A DNA stretch of 64,000 bases from Mustelus asterias (lineage: Eukaryota). A program made the position numbers and the translations under genes. The notes under the pieces were generated by a model that was given only the letters and a program-made list of their open reading frames with translations, made no database searches and was not told the DNA's origin. Location: positions 69,440,001-69,504,000 of the forward strand of contig NC_135804.1 in assembly GCF_964213995.1 (NCBI RefSeq). Direction: 5' to 3'. This document shows, piece after piece, positions 51,337 through 64,000 of this stretch. Position 1 is the stretch's first letter; every line of letters begins with the position of its first letter.

Positions 51337-52526
51337 AAGGTTGACGAAGGAAGGGCTGTGGATGTTGTCAACATGGATTTCAGTAAGGCATTTGACAAAG
51401 TCCCTCATGGCAGGTTGGTTAAGAGGGTTAAGGCTCATGGGATACAAGGAGAGGTGGCTAGATGGGTAGAAAAGTGGCTTGGCCACAGGAGACAGAGGGT
51501 AACAGTCGAAGGGTCTTTTTCCGGCTGGAGGTCTGTGACCAGTGGTGTTCTGCAGGGCTCTGTACTGGGACCTCTGCTATTTGTGATATATATAAATGAT
51601 TTGGAAGAAGGTGTAACTATTGTTATCAGCAAGTTTGCGGATGACACGAAGTTGGCTGGACTTGCGGATAGCGATCAACATTGTCAGACAATGCAGCAGG
51701 ATATAGATAGGCAGGAAAATTGGGCGGTGAAATGGCAGATGGAATTTAATCCAGATGAATGCGAAGTGATGAATTTTGGAAGAACTAATGTAGGGGGGAG
51801 TTGTACAATAAATGGCAGAGCCATCAAGAGTATGGAAACACAGAGGGACCTAGGTGTGCCACTCCATAAATCCTTGAAGGTGCAAGCAAAGGTGGAGAAA
51901 GTGGTGAAGAATGCATATGGTATGTTTGCCTTTATAGGACGGGGTATAGAGTATAAAAGCTGGAGTCTGATGTTGCAGCTGTATAGAACGCTGGTTAGGC
52001 CACATTTGGAATACAGCGTCCAGTTCTGGTCGCCGCACTACCAGAAGGACGTGGAGGCTTTACAGAGAGTGCAGAGAAGGTTTACCAGGATGTTGCCTGG
52101 TATGGAGGGTCTTAGCTATGAGGAGAGATTGGGTAAACTGGGCTTGATCTCCCTGGAAAGACGGAGAATGAGGGGAGACCTAATAGAGGTGCACAGAATT
52201 ATGAAGGGAATAGATAGGGTGAACAGTGGGAAGATTTTTCCCAGGTTGGAGGTGACAATCACAAGGGGTCACGGGCTCAAGGTGCGAGGGGCTAGGTATA
52301 ACTCAGATATCAGAGGTACGTTTATTTACACAGAGAGTGGTGGGGGCCTAGAATGCGCTGCCAAGTCGGGTGGTGGAGGCAGACACACTGGCATCGTTTA
52401 AGACTTACCTGGATAGTCACATGAGCATCCTGGGAATGGAGGGATACAAATGAATGGTTTAGTTGGACCAATGAGCGGTACAGGCTTGGCGGGCCGAAGG
52501 GCCTGTTTCTTGTGCTGTACTGTTCT
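51337..52526 (+). mobile_element. CR1 LINE 3' fragment inside the provirus
   Basis: 356-aa RT ORF with FADD; same subfamily as 14868-18260; ttgttc at both junctions (51331-51336 and 52527-52532). Confidence 0.93.
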
Positions 52527-53619
52527 TTGTTCGCCAAATATAAAAACACTGCAAAGCTTCAAACGTAGCCAGTTAAGAATTAAACCAAAACGTTTCTAAT
52601 CAACTAACAAGTATGTATTGTACCTGCTTTGATTTTGATTTGGCACCTGTTATTTTCCTAGAGTGCGGGGGTTTTGATCTGGAGCTCAGTTTAAAAATGG
52701 AAACGGCTTAAATTAAAATGGTTTGGATTTCACAGTTATGACGTGTAATGCGGCATGATACAACAGCCGCTCAACGATTATACAGTATAAGCACTGCCAT
52801 ATAGACCCGAAAATAAAATAAAATCCTGAAAAGCCTCAACCAATTTTACATAATATATATTGTGTATTGATAAAAACATAATTCTGTAGGAGAAAAGGCT
52901 ATTTATTCCAAGCTAAATGTTAGTGCTAGGCCTTTGAATGGACTTCTTTGTAGGGAGGGTAGTGGCATTTTGTGAAGTACTGTAATGCGGCGCTTGCGCA
53001 CAAAAAATGACCAAATTAGATATAATGTAAGAGTACATCATATAAAGATCGGAGCTGTATGGCATGTGATTTTAATGGGGAAAGCGATGTTTTTTGATAC
53101 GATTATATACAAATGAATGGATGTCCAGCTGCAGCCAAAGAGCCAGTGCAAAGTGTTATTTCATTCACACTAAGCTTTCTTTGGAAGGGGGATATGTAAT
53201 TAAATGTATAATGCACCAGCTAAAGCCATACAAACATCGGGAAAAATGTGGACAGAGGTATTGCCCACTACACTAATGAGGTTAAGGGCTACCACAAACC
53301 GGACAACCCGATTAACCCCTTATGAACTAATGACAGGACGGGAGATGCAATTACCAGTCGGCATCTTAACAGGTGGGACGGATAAAAGATAAAATCAGGG
53401 GATAGGTTTTGGCACTAAGCACCCAACTAAAAGGGATGCGCAAATTGGTAAAAGGAAATCAGGAAATAAGAGATGCAGAGAGAGAGCTTGAAATGCTCCC
53501 TGACGTCCCAACAACGGGAAGTCACGCCCTAGTGAAAACACTACCCAGAAAACCTGGGTTCGCATCCAACTGGAATAACCTATGAGGTTTTCATCAGTGG
53601 AGACACCTGTGCTGGTGAT

Positions 53620-54167
53620 AGTAAGAAGTCACCTGGTGATAGTGAGAAGTCTCACAACACCAGGTTAAAGTCCAACAGGTTTATTTGGTAGCAAATACCA
53701 TAAGCTTTTGGAGCACTGCTCCTTCGTCAGATGGAGTGGATATCTGCTCTCAAACAGTGCACAGACACAGAAATCAAGTTACAGAATACTAATTAGAATG
53801 TGAATCTCTAAAGCCAGCCAGGTCTTAAAGGTACAGACAATGTGAGTGGAGGAAGCATTCAACACAGGTTAAAGAGATGTGTATTGTCTCCAGACAGAAC
53901 AGCTAGTGAGATTCTACAAGCACAGGAGGCAAGCTGTGGGGGTTACTGATAATGTGACATAAATCCAACATCCCGGTTTAGGCCGTCCTCATGTGTGCGG
54001 AACTTGGCTATCAGTTTCTGCTCAGCGACTCTGCGCTGTCGTGTGTCGTGAAGGCCGCCTTGGAGAATGCTCACCTGAAGATCCAAGGCTGAATGCCCGT
54101 GACTGCTGAAGTGCTCCCCCACAGGAAGAGAACAGTCTTGCTTGGTGATTGTCGAGCGGTGTTCATT
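53620..54167 (-). mobile_element. 5'-truncated Penelope-like element (second subfamily) inside the provirus
   Basis: GIY-YIG C-terminus plus pseudo-LTR homologous to the array but diverged; hammerhead at 53698-53734 with GAAA changed to AAAA. Confidence 0.9.
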
Positions 54168-54764
54168 GTGTATCTAAAAACAGATAAGAGAAGCAGCTGT
54201 CCCTGCTGCTGTACACAGGCTTATGATTTTCCCTGCTAATTGTGTTCCGGAATGTGGCAAACCCAGCTAGTATCTATTTTGTGTTTTTTTATATTATGTA
54301 CTTCTGTTTAACACGGTGGAGCCTACATGCATGCCTTCTGTGATCGTATAATAATAGATTCATATATATTCATTATGTACTATTTATCCTTACTGATATA
54401 AATTGTTATATAGGCCTCTGTACTTCAGCTAACTTGTTTGTGCAAACTTATAATCTTGTATGCTGGATAAACAAACCACAGATCTCTGCCACATAGAGGC
54501 GACAGAACAGATAGTCGCAGCCTTGAGATGGCTACGATTACATGGACTACGTGAAGGACAGAACTGCCAAGGCAGCAATAATCATGTGAAAATGCGGACG
54601 TGACCAGGTGCGAAAATATATGTGTAAATATTTGCTCTTAAGTTGTATTTGGAGAGAAGTCTGGAGAACCGCTTTAGGAATCGGACTTCTCCCACAAGCT
54701 TGTGAAAATAAACCACTGTCCTTTGACTCACGACTCGTCTCAGAGGTATTATTTACCTACAACA
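54168..54764 (+). repeat. 3' LTR lacking its first ~92 nt
   Basis: Aligns to 48323-48918 with roughly 45-50 differences counted by eye (about 8%). Confidence 0.9.
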
Positions 54765-55981
54765 GGAGGCATGGTTCGTAGGTTTGCAGATGACACTAAG
54801 ATTGGTGGCATAGTGGACAGTGAAGAAAGTTATCTCCAATTGCAATGGGATCTTGATCAATTGGGCTGTGGGCTGACGAATGGCAGATGGAGTTTAATTT
54901 AGACAAATGCGAGGTGATGCATTTTGGTAGATTGAACCAGGGCAGGACTTATGCAGTTAATGGTAGGGCATTGGAGAGAGTTACAGAACAAAGAGATCTC
55001 GGGGTACATGTTCATAGCTCCTTGAAAGTGGAGTCACAGGTGGACAGAGTGGTGAAGAAGGCATTCAGCATGCTTGGTTTCATTGGACAGAACATTGAAT
55101 ACAGGAGGTGGAATGTCTTGTTGAAGTTGTACAAGACATTCGTCAGGCCACCCCGGAATACTGTGTGCAATTCTGGCTACCCTATTCTAACAATGATATT
55201 ATTAATCTAGAAAGATTGCAGAAAAGATTTACTAGAATGCTACCGGAACTTGATGGATTGAGTTATAAGGAGAGGCTGGATAGAATGGGACATTTTTCTC
55301 TGGAGCGCAGAAGGCTGAGGTCTTATAGAGGTCGATAAAATAATGAGGGGTACAGATTAGCTAGTTAGTCAATATCTGTTCCCAAAGGGCGGGGAGTCTA
55401 AAACTAGAGAGCATAAGTTTAAGGTGAGAGGGGAGAGATACAAAAGTGCCCAGAGGGGCAATTTTTTCACATAGAGGGTGGTGAGTATCTGGAACAAGCT
55501 GCCAAAGGGAGTAATAGAGGCGGGTACAATTTTGTCTTTTAAAAGCATTTAGATAGTTACATGGGTACGATGGGTATAGAGGGATATGGGCCAAATGCGG
55601 GCAATTGGGATTTGCTTAGGGGTTTTAAAAAAGGAAGGGCAGCACGGAAAAGTTGGTTCCGAAGGGCCTGTTTCTATGCTGGAAACCTCTATGATTCTAT
55701 GACTCTAAACCTGGTGAGGTATGAATCCGCTATTACGTATATCTCACCCCCTGACACTTCCTAAGATTAATTGATATCCAGAAATATGTAGCAAATGTAA
55801 TTCATCCCATACCTTTTGTCCAGTTGTAGTGCTCACTGTCAGTACTCCATATCAATACATGATAGAACCCTCAGATCGTAGAAAAATGAAAGGCAGATGA
55901 AGGCCCTTTCGCCACCTGACTGCCAATTGTTTTAGGGACACAAGCATTTTGTTGTATTCACATGCTCCATTGATATTTGCG

Positions 55982-56270
55982 CAGCATGGTGGCACAGTGG
56001 TTAGCACTGCTGCCTCACAGCGCCAGGGGAGCTGGTTTCGTTTCCCGGCTTGGGTGACTGTCTTTGTGGAGTTTGTAGTTCTCCCCGTGTCTGCGTGGGT
56101 TTCCTCCCACAATCCAAAGATGTGCGGGTTAGGTGGATTGGCCATGTTAAATTGCCCCTTCGTGCCAGGGGATCTAGCTAGGGAAATACATGGAATTATG
56201 GGGATAGAGCCTGGGTGGGATTGTGGTCAGAACAAACTCAAATGGCCTGCTTCTGCACTGTAGGATTATA
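55982..56270 (+). mobile_element. V-SINE, diverged
   Basis: tRNA-like head, V domain with an internal deletion, and tail. Confidence 0.8.
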
Positions 56271-56854
56271 TATCTGATTCTGCACTTAAATGTCTTCGAC
56301 AATTTATCAAATTTCTTTTTGAACACTGTTTCCGCCATCCCTTCACATAGTGCATTGCAGCTCACAATCAGCAACGAGGTCGTATTTTTTTTTAAAACTG
56401 GAGTAATGCACAACTCGCCTCTTAGTTCTTTTCATTTTTACATTGATTCTGTTTCCTTTAACTACATATCTTGCCACGGTCATGAGTTCCTTCCTATTCA
56501 CATGTTGAATACCTCATATACTTTTTGACATTTCAATTAATTCTAACCTCATTCCTCTTTAACCAAAGGACCGTCAGATTCTCCACAAAACCCAAATATC
56601 CCTGAATCCTGGTTTTCTGATAAGTTTTGCTTTGTAATGCCAGCTGGACCCTAATCCATTTCCAGCTCAATGACACTGTTATTTTTTCAGTTGAATACAT
56701 TGGCTCAGTGTTTTTACCTAGTTATATCAGGATAATTTAATTCTGCGATTAACACACTGTTACTACTTTTATCTCGTTCTAGAATTTGATTGAAGTTTTC
56801 TTCCTCCATACTTTTCGCACCTCCAGGCAAGAATGACGTCAATGTAAAGTGAGG

Positions 56855-57788
56855 TCAAGTTTATTTGTTAATCACGAGTCGGCAATGCAATGAAGTTATT
56901 GCGAAAGTCCCCTAGTCGTCATACTCTGGCGCCAGTTCGGGTACACTGAGAGAGAATTTAGCATGACGAATTCACCTAACGACATCTTTGGAATGTGGGA
57001 GGAAACCGGAGAAGGCATTCAGCATGCTTGGTTTCATTGGTCAGAACATTGAATACAGGAGTTGGGACGTCTTGTTGAAGTTGTACAAGACATTGGTAAG
57101 GCCACACTTGGAATACTATGTACAGTTCTGCTCACCATATTATAGAAAGAATATTATTAAACTGGAAAGGGTGCAGAAAAGATTTGCGAGGATGTTACCG
57201 GGATTTGATGGTTTGAGTTATAAGGAGAGGCTGAATGGACTGGGGCGTTTTTCGCTGGAGTGGAGAAGGTTGAGGGGTAATCTTACAGAGGTCTATAAAA
57301 TAATGAGGGGCAGAGATCAGCGAGATTGTCAATATCTTTTCCCAACGGTAGGAGAGTCTAAAACTAAAGGGCACAGGTTCAAGGTGAGAGGGGAGAGAGA
57401 CAAAAGTATCCAGAGGGGCAATTTGTTTTCACACAGAGGATGGGAGTATCTGGAACAAGCTGCCAGAGGTAGCAGTAGAGGAGGGTGTAGTTTTGTCTTT
57501 TAAAAAGCATTCAGACAGTTACATGGGTAAGATGGGTGGAGAGGGACATGGACTAAATGCGGGAAATTGGGATTAGTTTAGGGGTTTAAAAAAAAGGGCG
57601 ACATGGAAAAGTTGTGCCGAAGTGCCTTTTTCCATGCTGTAAACCTTGATGACTCTATGACCCGGAGGAAAGCCACGCAGACGCTGGGAGAATGTACTAA
57701 CTCCACACAGACAGTGACCCAAACCGGGAATTGAACCCGGGTTCCTGGCGTTGTGAGGCAGCATTGCGTACCACTGTGCCACCGTGCC
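56855..57788. mobile_element. Minus-strand SINE interrupted by a plus-strand CR1 3' fragment (about 57011-57660)
   Basis: SINE ggaaaccggag | CR1 ORF2 C-terminus and ctatga tail | cccggaggaaagcc, after which the SINE resumes. Confidence 0.82.
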
Positions 57789-58664
57789 GGAAATCCATCG
57801 CCCCATGTTTACCTTTAAATTAAAACCATATAAATTGGAATCTCTGGGCAAATCATGCAGGGCTTGTGATGACACTGACACGACATATATTCTCATTATC
57901 ACACATCTTACAATTGTATGGGTGGGGAAGCATTGTCCAACTAGCTCATACATTCCAAAATTTACTTCCTCTACCCAACAGGCTGCTCGCCACCGGCTTC
58001 CTTAATTGTGAATATAATCTTCTCTTTGATGGCGCTTTTGGTTGCTAGATTTTATAATTTGCTCCGTCCCATTTTCGTTGTCTCACTTTGAAGCACAGTG
58101 GGACTTGTTTTCATTATGCTGAAGAATTTGCGTGGACAAAAAAAGTCAAAAGACACCGGGAAAGTGTCCTTTTAATGCGATAGGTTTGGCGTGTTCGATT
58201 ATCAACAGTTACTAGCAAATAACTACCGCTTCATAATTAAGGAAACGTGACTCATTTTTAGACTTCAGGTGCAACTTCAAATTGTGAACAACAATGATAC
58301 TTCATGCCCGATATTCATTATATTGTTTCAGAATAAGCATTTCTAAAAATCAGATTCACGGTGCAATCCGAAGGAAAAATGTTATAATACATAACAATGT
58401 TATAATACAATGTTTTAATACATATTATAGTTTGGGAGTAAGCACCCTGTGTTTATTGACGTAAGATGACTTTGCGTATAACTTTACAAGGGAACTATTT
58501 ATTTGCGAATGTGTACATGGCAAATGATGGATTCATTAAATGCATGTAATAATAAATTTACCATCATTTTCCGACTATAAATATGTGATGGAGATGGCCC
58601 TCAGTTATGCTGAAATCCAAAAATTAATGTCGATTGATTTAATTTCATATAGATTGTATCTGAC

Positions 58665-58858
58665 GTCCAAAGATGTGCGGGTTAGGTAGATTAGCCATGC
58701 TAAATTGACCCTAGTGTCAGGGGAATCAGCAGGGTAAATATGTGGAGTTACGGGAATAGGGCCTGGGTGGGATCGTTGTCGGTGCAGACTCGATGGGCCT
58801 AATTGTCGATGGGTCGAATAGCCTCCTACTGCACTGTAGCGATTCTATGATTCTATGA
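58665..58858 (+). mobile_element. 5'-truncated V-SINE (3' half)
   Basis: Begins at gtccaaagatgtgcggg; ttctatga tail. Confidence 0.82.
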
Positions 58859-59152
58859 ATATACTTTTTGAAATAGGAATTTGCATTATGACCTGAATGC
58901 TCAATGTTATAAATTATCCCATCAACAGCCTAATCTCAGACGACTTTGCTACACCCTAGCTTCACCTTCCCTAGTTTCCTTTCCTGCTGTACACATTTAA
59001 ACACACCACACCTAGCTCACATCAAACGCAGTGTTTGTTTGTTAAATCTATAATTTTCATCTCAGGATATGACACCATTTGATCAAATACAGGACCGCCA
59101 TCCAGATCACAAAGGTTTAGGTTCAAGTCCCACTCCAGAGGCATCACAGAAT

Positions 59153-59930
59153 GTGACGTTAATATACCTTCATGAGATTTCTTCAAAACAACATGCTCAC
59201 TTAAGTTCACAGCCTTAGCTGATGTCCATTGTTGCCGGCTTGACTGGAGATGTCCTTTTATTGCTGCTTGAATGGGGATTTGTTTATTTTTACTGGGATG
59301 TTGATGATTCTGCGCTGCTCGGAGAAAAACTGGTTGGCAGGTCAGGTGATTGGACATTTTTCATTTTCATTTTGGCGTTGCATGTATTAGTTTTAGAAGG
59401 GACAGTAAGCTCTCTCTCTCTTTCCCTGGTTTTGTTCATCTGATCATCTGAAAGCAAGGTCTTGCCTTTCTGGAGCGGGGAGTCTGCTGTTGTTGGTTTG
59501 CCTATAGTCCCTGGTGTTTTTGCAAGCTGTTGTGACTTCAAACTGTTCTGAGTCTATCCAGAGAACTGCAGCCTTCACCCAAAGGACTCAATTCCAGTAT
59601 CACGTGAGCATTAGTCTATGTTGAACCTGTTGGGAGGGTTTTGCCTATGGTAAAGGCTTTGTTTGTTTGGGACATCTCCTATACTCGTTGAAGCCCCATT
59701 ATCGTGGTTGTTTTGTGTTGTTTGTAATTGATAGAAGTTATTGCTAATTTTCTTTGCATGCATGGTAATTATATTCTTAAATAAATTTTGTTTGATAAAA
59801 GCTCTCTACTGAGTCATTTGAATTATACCTGAAGTGAAGCATATGTTTATCTTGGCCAAATTCAAGATGCAAAATTTATAATCAAGGCTGGCTCCATAAA
59901 ACACTTGAGTTTCTGACTTGAACCATAACA
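59153..59930 (+). repeat. Possible solo LTR
   Basis: Bounded by tgtgac...cataaca with AATAAA near 59780; no clear target duplication or partner copy. Confidence 0.3.
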
Positions 59931-62900
59931 CAAGTGATCCAAAGCATTAGCAAAGGAGCGCTTCGCTGTTAAACGTGTATGTTTCAATATTAAAGCCAAA
60001 GTTGAGGTTCTGACCTTCCTTCAAATGAAACAATTTATCTCATGATACGATAAGTAAGGTACAAATAAGATATTCACTGGCACCAGCAAGATCGTTTTTG
60101 AATATCTAGCCCATGGTTCGTTTTAATATGTTTGAGACTTTTTTTTAAGCTCAGGGAAGATCAAAGCTGTAACGGGAAAAGTAAAAGAAATGCTCAGTTT
60201 CGAAGATTTCCGGAACATCTGATTGAAATAGCAGTTCAGCGGTTCATATAGCCTTGTTTTATACACTCAGAATAGAAAGGATGGATCCACAAAACATCTG
60301 ATGTGGTCAATCAACAGAAAGAAGGATAGTTGCAAGGAAGAACAGAGCAGGTAAAGTCCCCATGGAGGCGAGTGGAACATTCCTATAGCTTCCATAGTTG
60401 CAATTGATCTATTACTTGCAGCAGGAGAAGAAGGAATACCAAATGTGTGCTGCTCGTGGCAGGCACGCATCTATCTGTTCCGAAACGCAACTGTTCATCT
60501 TAACAGTCTGATTTTTTATCCCGTCGTGATAGTAAAATCTTGCTTTTCCCTTCGTAAACTTTAAATACTTCAAACATTACGAGATGTTGGAAGTCGAGTT
60601 TATAACATCCGATATCCCAATAATCTCGCTGTTCTCGCGAGCACACATCTATCATCATTAAGGAATTGTCAGACCAACATCCAACGTTTATATGCAGAAA
60701 ACTAAAACAGCTTCTTCTTTTATTTCATCCCTTCCCATTTCACTAATAGCACCTCACCTCATCTTTACTGATATCAATAGTCGAAATGTCTTAGATTACA
60801 GCAACAACGATGTAAAACTAGGCACTTAGAAAATAACGACAGGATGGGCGAGAATCTGCCTGGATTTATTGCTTGGGAAGTCATACTTACCGAAGTTATT
60901 TGAAGTTCTCTGATGACGTTCCTAGCAGAATAGAGAATGGGAAACCGGTGGATGTCGTACTATTGGATTCTCAAATGAATTTTGATAAGGTTTCAGATAT
61001 GAAATTAGTGAACAATATCAGAACAGTGGGGGAAATTTAAATTTGAAGTGATGTGAGGGTGGGGGGGGGGTGGCTACAGTCGGCTAAAAACACAGAATCA
61101 TGTGTTTAAGAACACTAAAACAATACTGATTTAAGCATGAATGATCTTAGACTCTCGAGAGCGCTGACAAGGGTTGCCACTATAAAAAACAACTCTAACT
61201 GAATAACAAGTACTTCTCATTTAAAAACATGTGTTTTGAATTTATAGAATGGATGCAGTTTGCTTTTAGAATACATTTTGTAAAATTTCAGCTAACACCA
61301 AGATACAGCAGGGCTTGATGGGATGAGGTTGGAGGCGGGGCCTGCATTCCACAGGGCAATTGTCCCACTGAATGCAGTTTATCAACAGTTATCGGGAACA
61401 AAATAGCTACCAATGCCAGTTTGATGAGTAGATCTATACAGATTAACATTGATGACATAGGGGGTGCAAGGCAACCATAAGGATTTTCTCAGAGTCGGAT
61501 GAGTATCACGTGCGTTTGAGTCGGTGGGAATCATTCGCCCATTTCACTGCCCAGTGTGTTGTGTCACTGGGCAAAGGAGTGAGGGTACATTAGAAATTAA
61601 GGACAAATAAGGTCCCATCAGATGAGGCTACAAAGTGTCGTTGGCTGGAGTTGCTGACAGTGATGATTATTGACTGATTTGTATTAATGTTTACTGGATT
61701 ATGCCCACCAGAAAGGTGAAAATATGATTTTGGAAATGTATAATTGCCCTTGTGGAGGCATTGTTTTCCAGAATGATATTGGGCTGCCCATATTCTCTAC
61801 CTGGTGTGCTGTGCTACTTGACATCATTCTCCCAGTCGATGGTTTGGCCAATAAAGTCAAATCTTAAAATCAGTGCACTGAGTTTCCTGAGTCTCTGTAT
61901 TTGGCTTAAGTGTAGTAATACACAGCCTCAAAATAAAGCCCCCCCGTCAATCATTTGGCACTGCGAGCAGGGTGATATCACTGGCTTCAGGTGGGAGGAC
62001 ACAACGCCTAAATGGGTCTGAGTATGATTAACTGCCACAACTAATTGGAGGAGTCTTGGTCAGGACGTCAAGGCTCTAAGTTGAATTACCCAGGTCGACT
62101 TGAGGACTGTGGAACACAGTGGTACTGAACTGTGGACCGGCAATCAAGGGGTGGCGGGGGGGGGGGGGGGGGGGGGGATGGTGGTGGTGCGTGGATGGAC
62201 ACACGTTACCACTCAGCACAGTGGACCCCGAGTGGTACACGGTCGGGGAAGATGTGCGGAGTGGGTTGCGCTCAGTACAGTCGTCCGACGGTGACACAGG
62301 CCCCGGATCCACTCTGCCCAGCCGAGCCCAGCCGAGTCAGAGTAACCCCCACAACCAGGAAGCACCCGGGAGAGAGGGAGCCGCACCACGATGTGGCGGA
62401 CGTTATCGGCGTCGTGGAGAGGTTGCGCTGAACGAATGCTGCTTAAAATAAGAGAGGGCGCTAGAGAGAGAGCGATTGAAGTCCCTGTGGAGGGGCGCAG
62501 GATTATAGTTAGATTCCTGGGTGGGCTTGAATGGGCTACAAGGGTTACAAAGAGAGGGAGAGAGAGACAGAGAGAAAACTGTGGACAGGCTGTGTGTTCA
62601 GACACTCAGGCCCAATTATGCACAAAGTTGTACCCGTTTTCGGACGTGAAAACTTTGTAAAGTCAGGCGTGAGGCGCGTTGCACAATTCATGCTCGCCTC
62701 TGCGCAGGTTTCCCCCTTCACGAAGGCCTGAAAATGGACGCGATTGGGACCGCAACATAAAAGGGCGTGATGGCCATTTAAATGCATTTGAATGCATTTA
62801 TATTGAATTAATGAGCTATATGCCCAACTTTACCAGCAGTTCACCGTTTACCACCGCGTTCGCCAATCCGAAACAGACATGCTCTCGAAAAGTCCCATTC

Positions 62901-63212
62901 GGGCGCTCCATCAGTGACGGTTAGTGAGGAGGTTACTGTGTCTGACGACTTTCCGCTGCTCACGGATGTCCTTTCATTGCGGCCATTTTCTTTTCTGTGG
63001 TCGGTGGCGGCTCTGCGAGTGTGCGGGAGGTGGAGGGTTGTTGCTCAGCAGCGTCTCCGATGTCGGACTTGCAGCAATGACCCGGGTCTCAGCACTGACC
63101 TCGGGTCTTACGGTTCTGTTGGATCGCCGTGCTCTCAGCAATCTTCCAGCTGAAGGAGGTGCGCAAAGCCCTTGCAAATTCGACTGCTGCAGCCTCTCAA
63201 CTTTTCAAGGAG

Positions 63213-63320
63213 CTGTGGGGAGCATGTGCTGGGAGAATTGTGGAGGGCTGTGATTGTGGGGAGCATGTGGCTGCGGGAATTGCGGGGGTTGTGATTTTTG
63301 GGAAGCATGTGGAGGAATTG
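63213..63320. repeat. Short imperfect ~41-bp tandem repeat (about 2.5 copies)
   Basis: tgtggggagcatgtg...gaattg recurs three times. Confidence 0.55.
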
Positions 63321-63504
63321 GGAGTATGGACAGTGACTGGGGCAAGCAGCATTCCTTAATCTCTACATGTGCTTCCTTCCATTCCACTCCCCTCGTCCCC
63401 CGCAGCCCCCCCCCCCCCTCCCCCACTTTCAGAATGACGAGATGGCTTTTGCAATGCAACTGATAGATCTTGCTGTTCTTTTGGTTGCTGCTGGGGCTGA
63501 GAAA

Positions 63505-64000
63505 CAAACAAGGAACAAAGAACAATACAGCACAGGAACAGGCCCTTCGGCCCTCCAAGCCCGCGGCGCCCCTGGTCCAAACCAGACCATTCTTTCGTAT
63601 CCCTCCATACCCACTCCATTCATGTGGCTATCGAGATAAGTCTTAAATGTTCCCAGTGTGCCCACCTCCACCACCTGCCCGGCAGCGCATTCCAGGCCCC
63701 CCACACCCTCTGTGTAAAAATATGTCCTTCTGATATCCGTGTTAAACCTCCCCCCCCCCCCCCCCCCCGCCCCAGCTCACCTTGAACCTATGACCCCTCG
63801 TGAACGTCACCACCGACCTGGGAAAAAGATTCCCACCGTTCACCCTATCTATGCCTTTCATAATTTTATATACCTCTATTAGGCCTCCCCTCATCCTCCG
63901 TCTTTCCAGTGAGAACAACCCCAGTTTACCCAATCTCTCCTCATAACTAAGCCCCTCCATACCAGGCAACATCATGGTAAACCTCCTCTGCAATCTCTCT
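63505..64000 (-). mobile_element. CR1 LINE 3' end running off the window
   Basis: QRRFTMMLPGMEGLSYEERL, 3'UTR and (ttgttct)-type tail. Confidence 0.92.

Larger units (their letters stand above)
48231..54764 (+). mobile_element. Defective endogenous retrovirus or LTR element with two LTRs
   Basis: TG...CA ends, ggggg/ggagg target duplication, PBS, gag-like remnants at about 49400-50500, integrase C-terminus WTEVLPTTLMRLRATTNRTTRLTPYELMTGR at 53245-53345. No RT or env recognisable. Confidence 0.88.
47460..55705 (+). mobile_element. CR1 LINE split by the provirus (47460-48230 and 54765-55705)
   Basis: ...[14 protein letters not shown] before 48231 continues as GGMVRRFADDTKIGG after 54764; ctatgact tail near 55700. 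Confidence 0.88.

Noticed and set aside
58094-58135. CACAGTG heptamers as V(D)J recombination signals (also near 41852, 55993, 62115 and 62217)
   Set aside because: I found no ACAAAAACC-like nonamer at 12 or 23 bp. Several lie in SINE heads and none flanks the V exon.
60271-60350. Possible exon (ctcag|aatagaaag...agcag|gtaaag)
   Set aside because: Splice-like ends only, with no recognisable peptide or linked exons.
62075-63500. GC/CpG-rich block with several short ORFs, possibly a DNA-transposon or LINE ORF1 derivative
   Set aside because: I could not identify terminal repeats, a target duplication or a diagnostic protein motif.

Overview
This is eukaryotic, repeat-dominated DNA, very probably from a shark or other elasmobranch (inferred from tRNA-derived V-SINEs of the HE1 type whose tails match the co-occurring CR1 LINEs). 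There are no prokaryotic genes or CRISPR arrays. The only host gene I can support is a + strand Ig-superfamily pseudogene at about 7.1-10.6 kb. It has a leader, a V exon with a germline-joined J-like GNGTG motif and one TAG stop, a C1 exon, and a remnant of a second C1 exon, which is a SIRP-like V-C1-C1 layout. Possible transmembrane and tyrosine-motif exons lie further downstream. The rest is mostly nested retroelements: many CR1 LINEs, Rex1/Babar-like LINEs, V-SINEs, a Ty3/Gypsy pol remnant, an orphan retroviral env, and a two-LTR provirus with a tRNA-Phe primer-binding site. Penelope-like elements (PLEs) occur in four architectures: a fold-back inverted copy, a ~125-bp mini copy, a truncated copy inside the provirus, and a 9.3-kb head-to-tail triple array. 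Every PLE pseudo-LTR carries a minimal type I hammerhead ribozyme motif (whole, mutated or truncated), with compensatory base changes between subfamilies. All three array units share a mutated RT active site (YIDD to YIDY) and a 5' frameshift. All coordinates and counts were read by eye; edges of old repeats are approximate.
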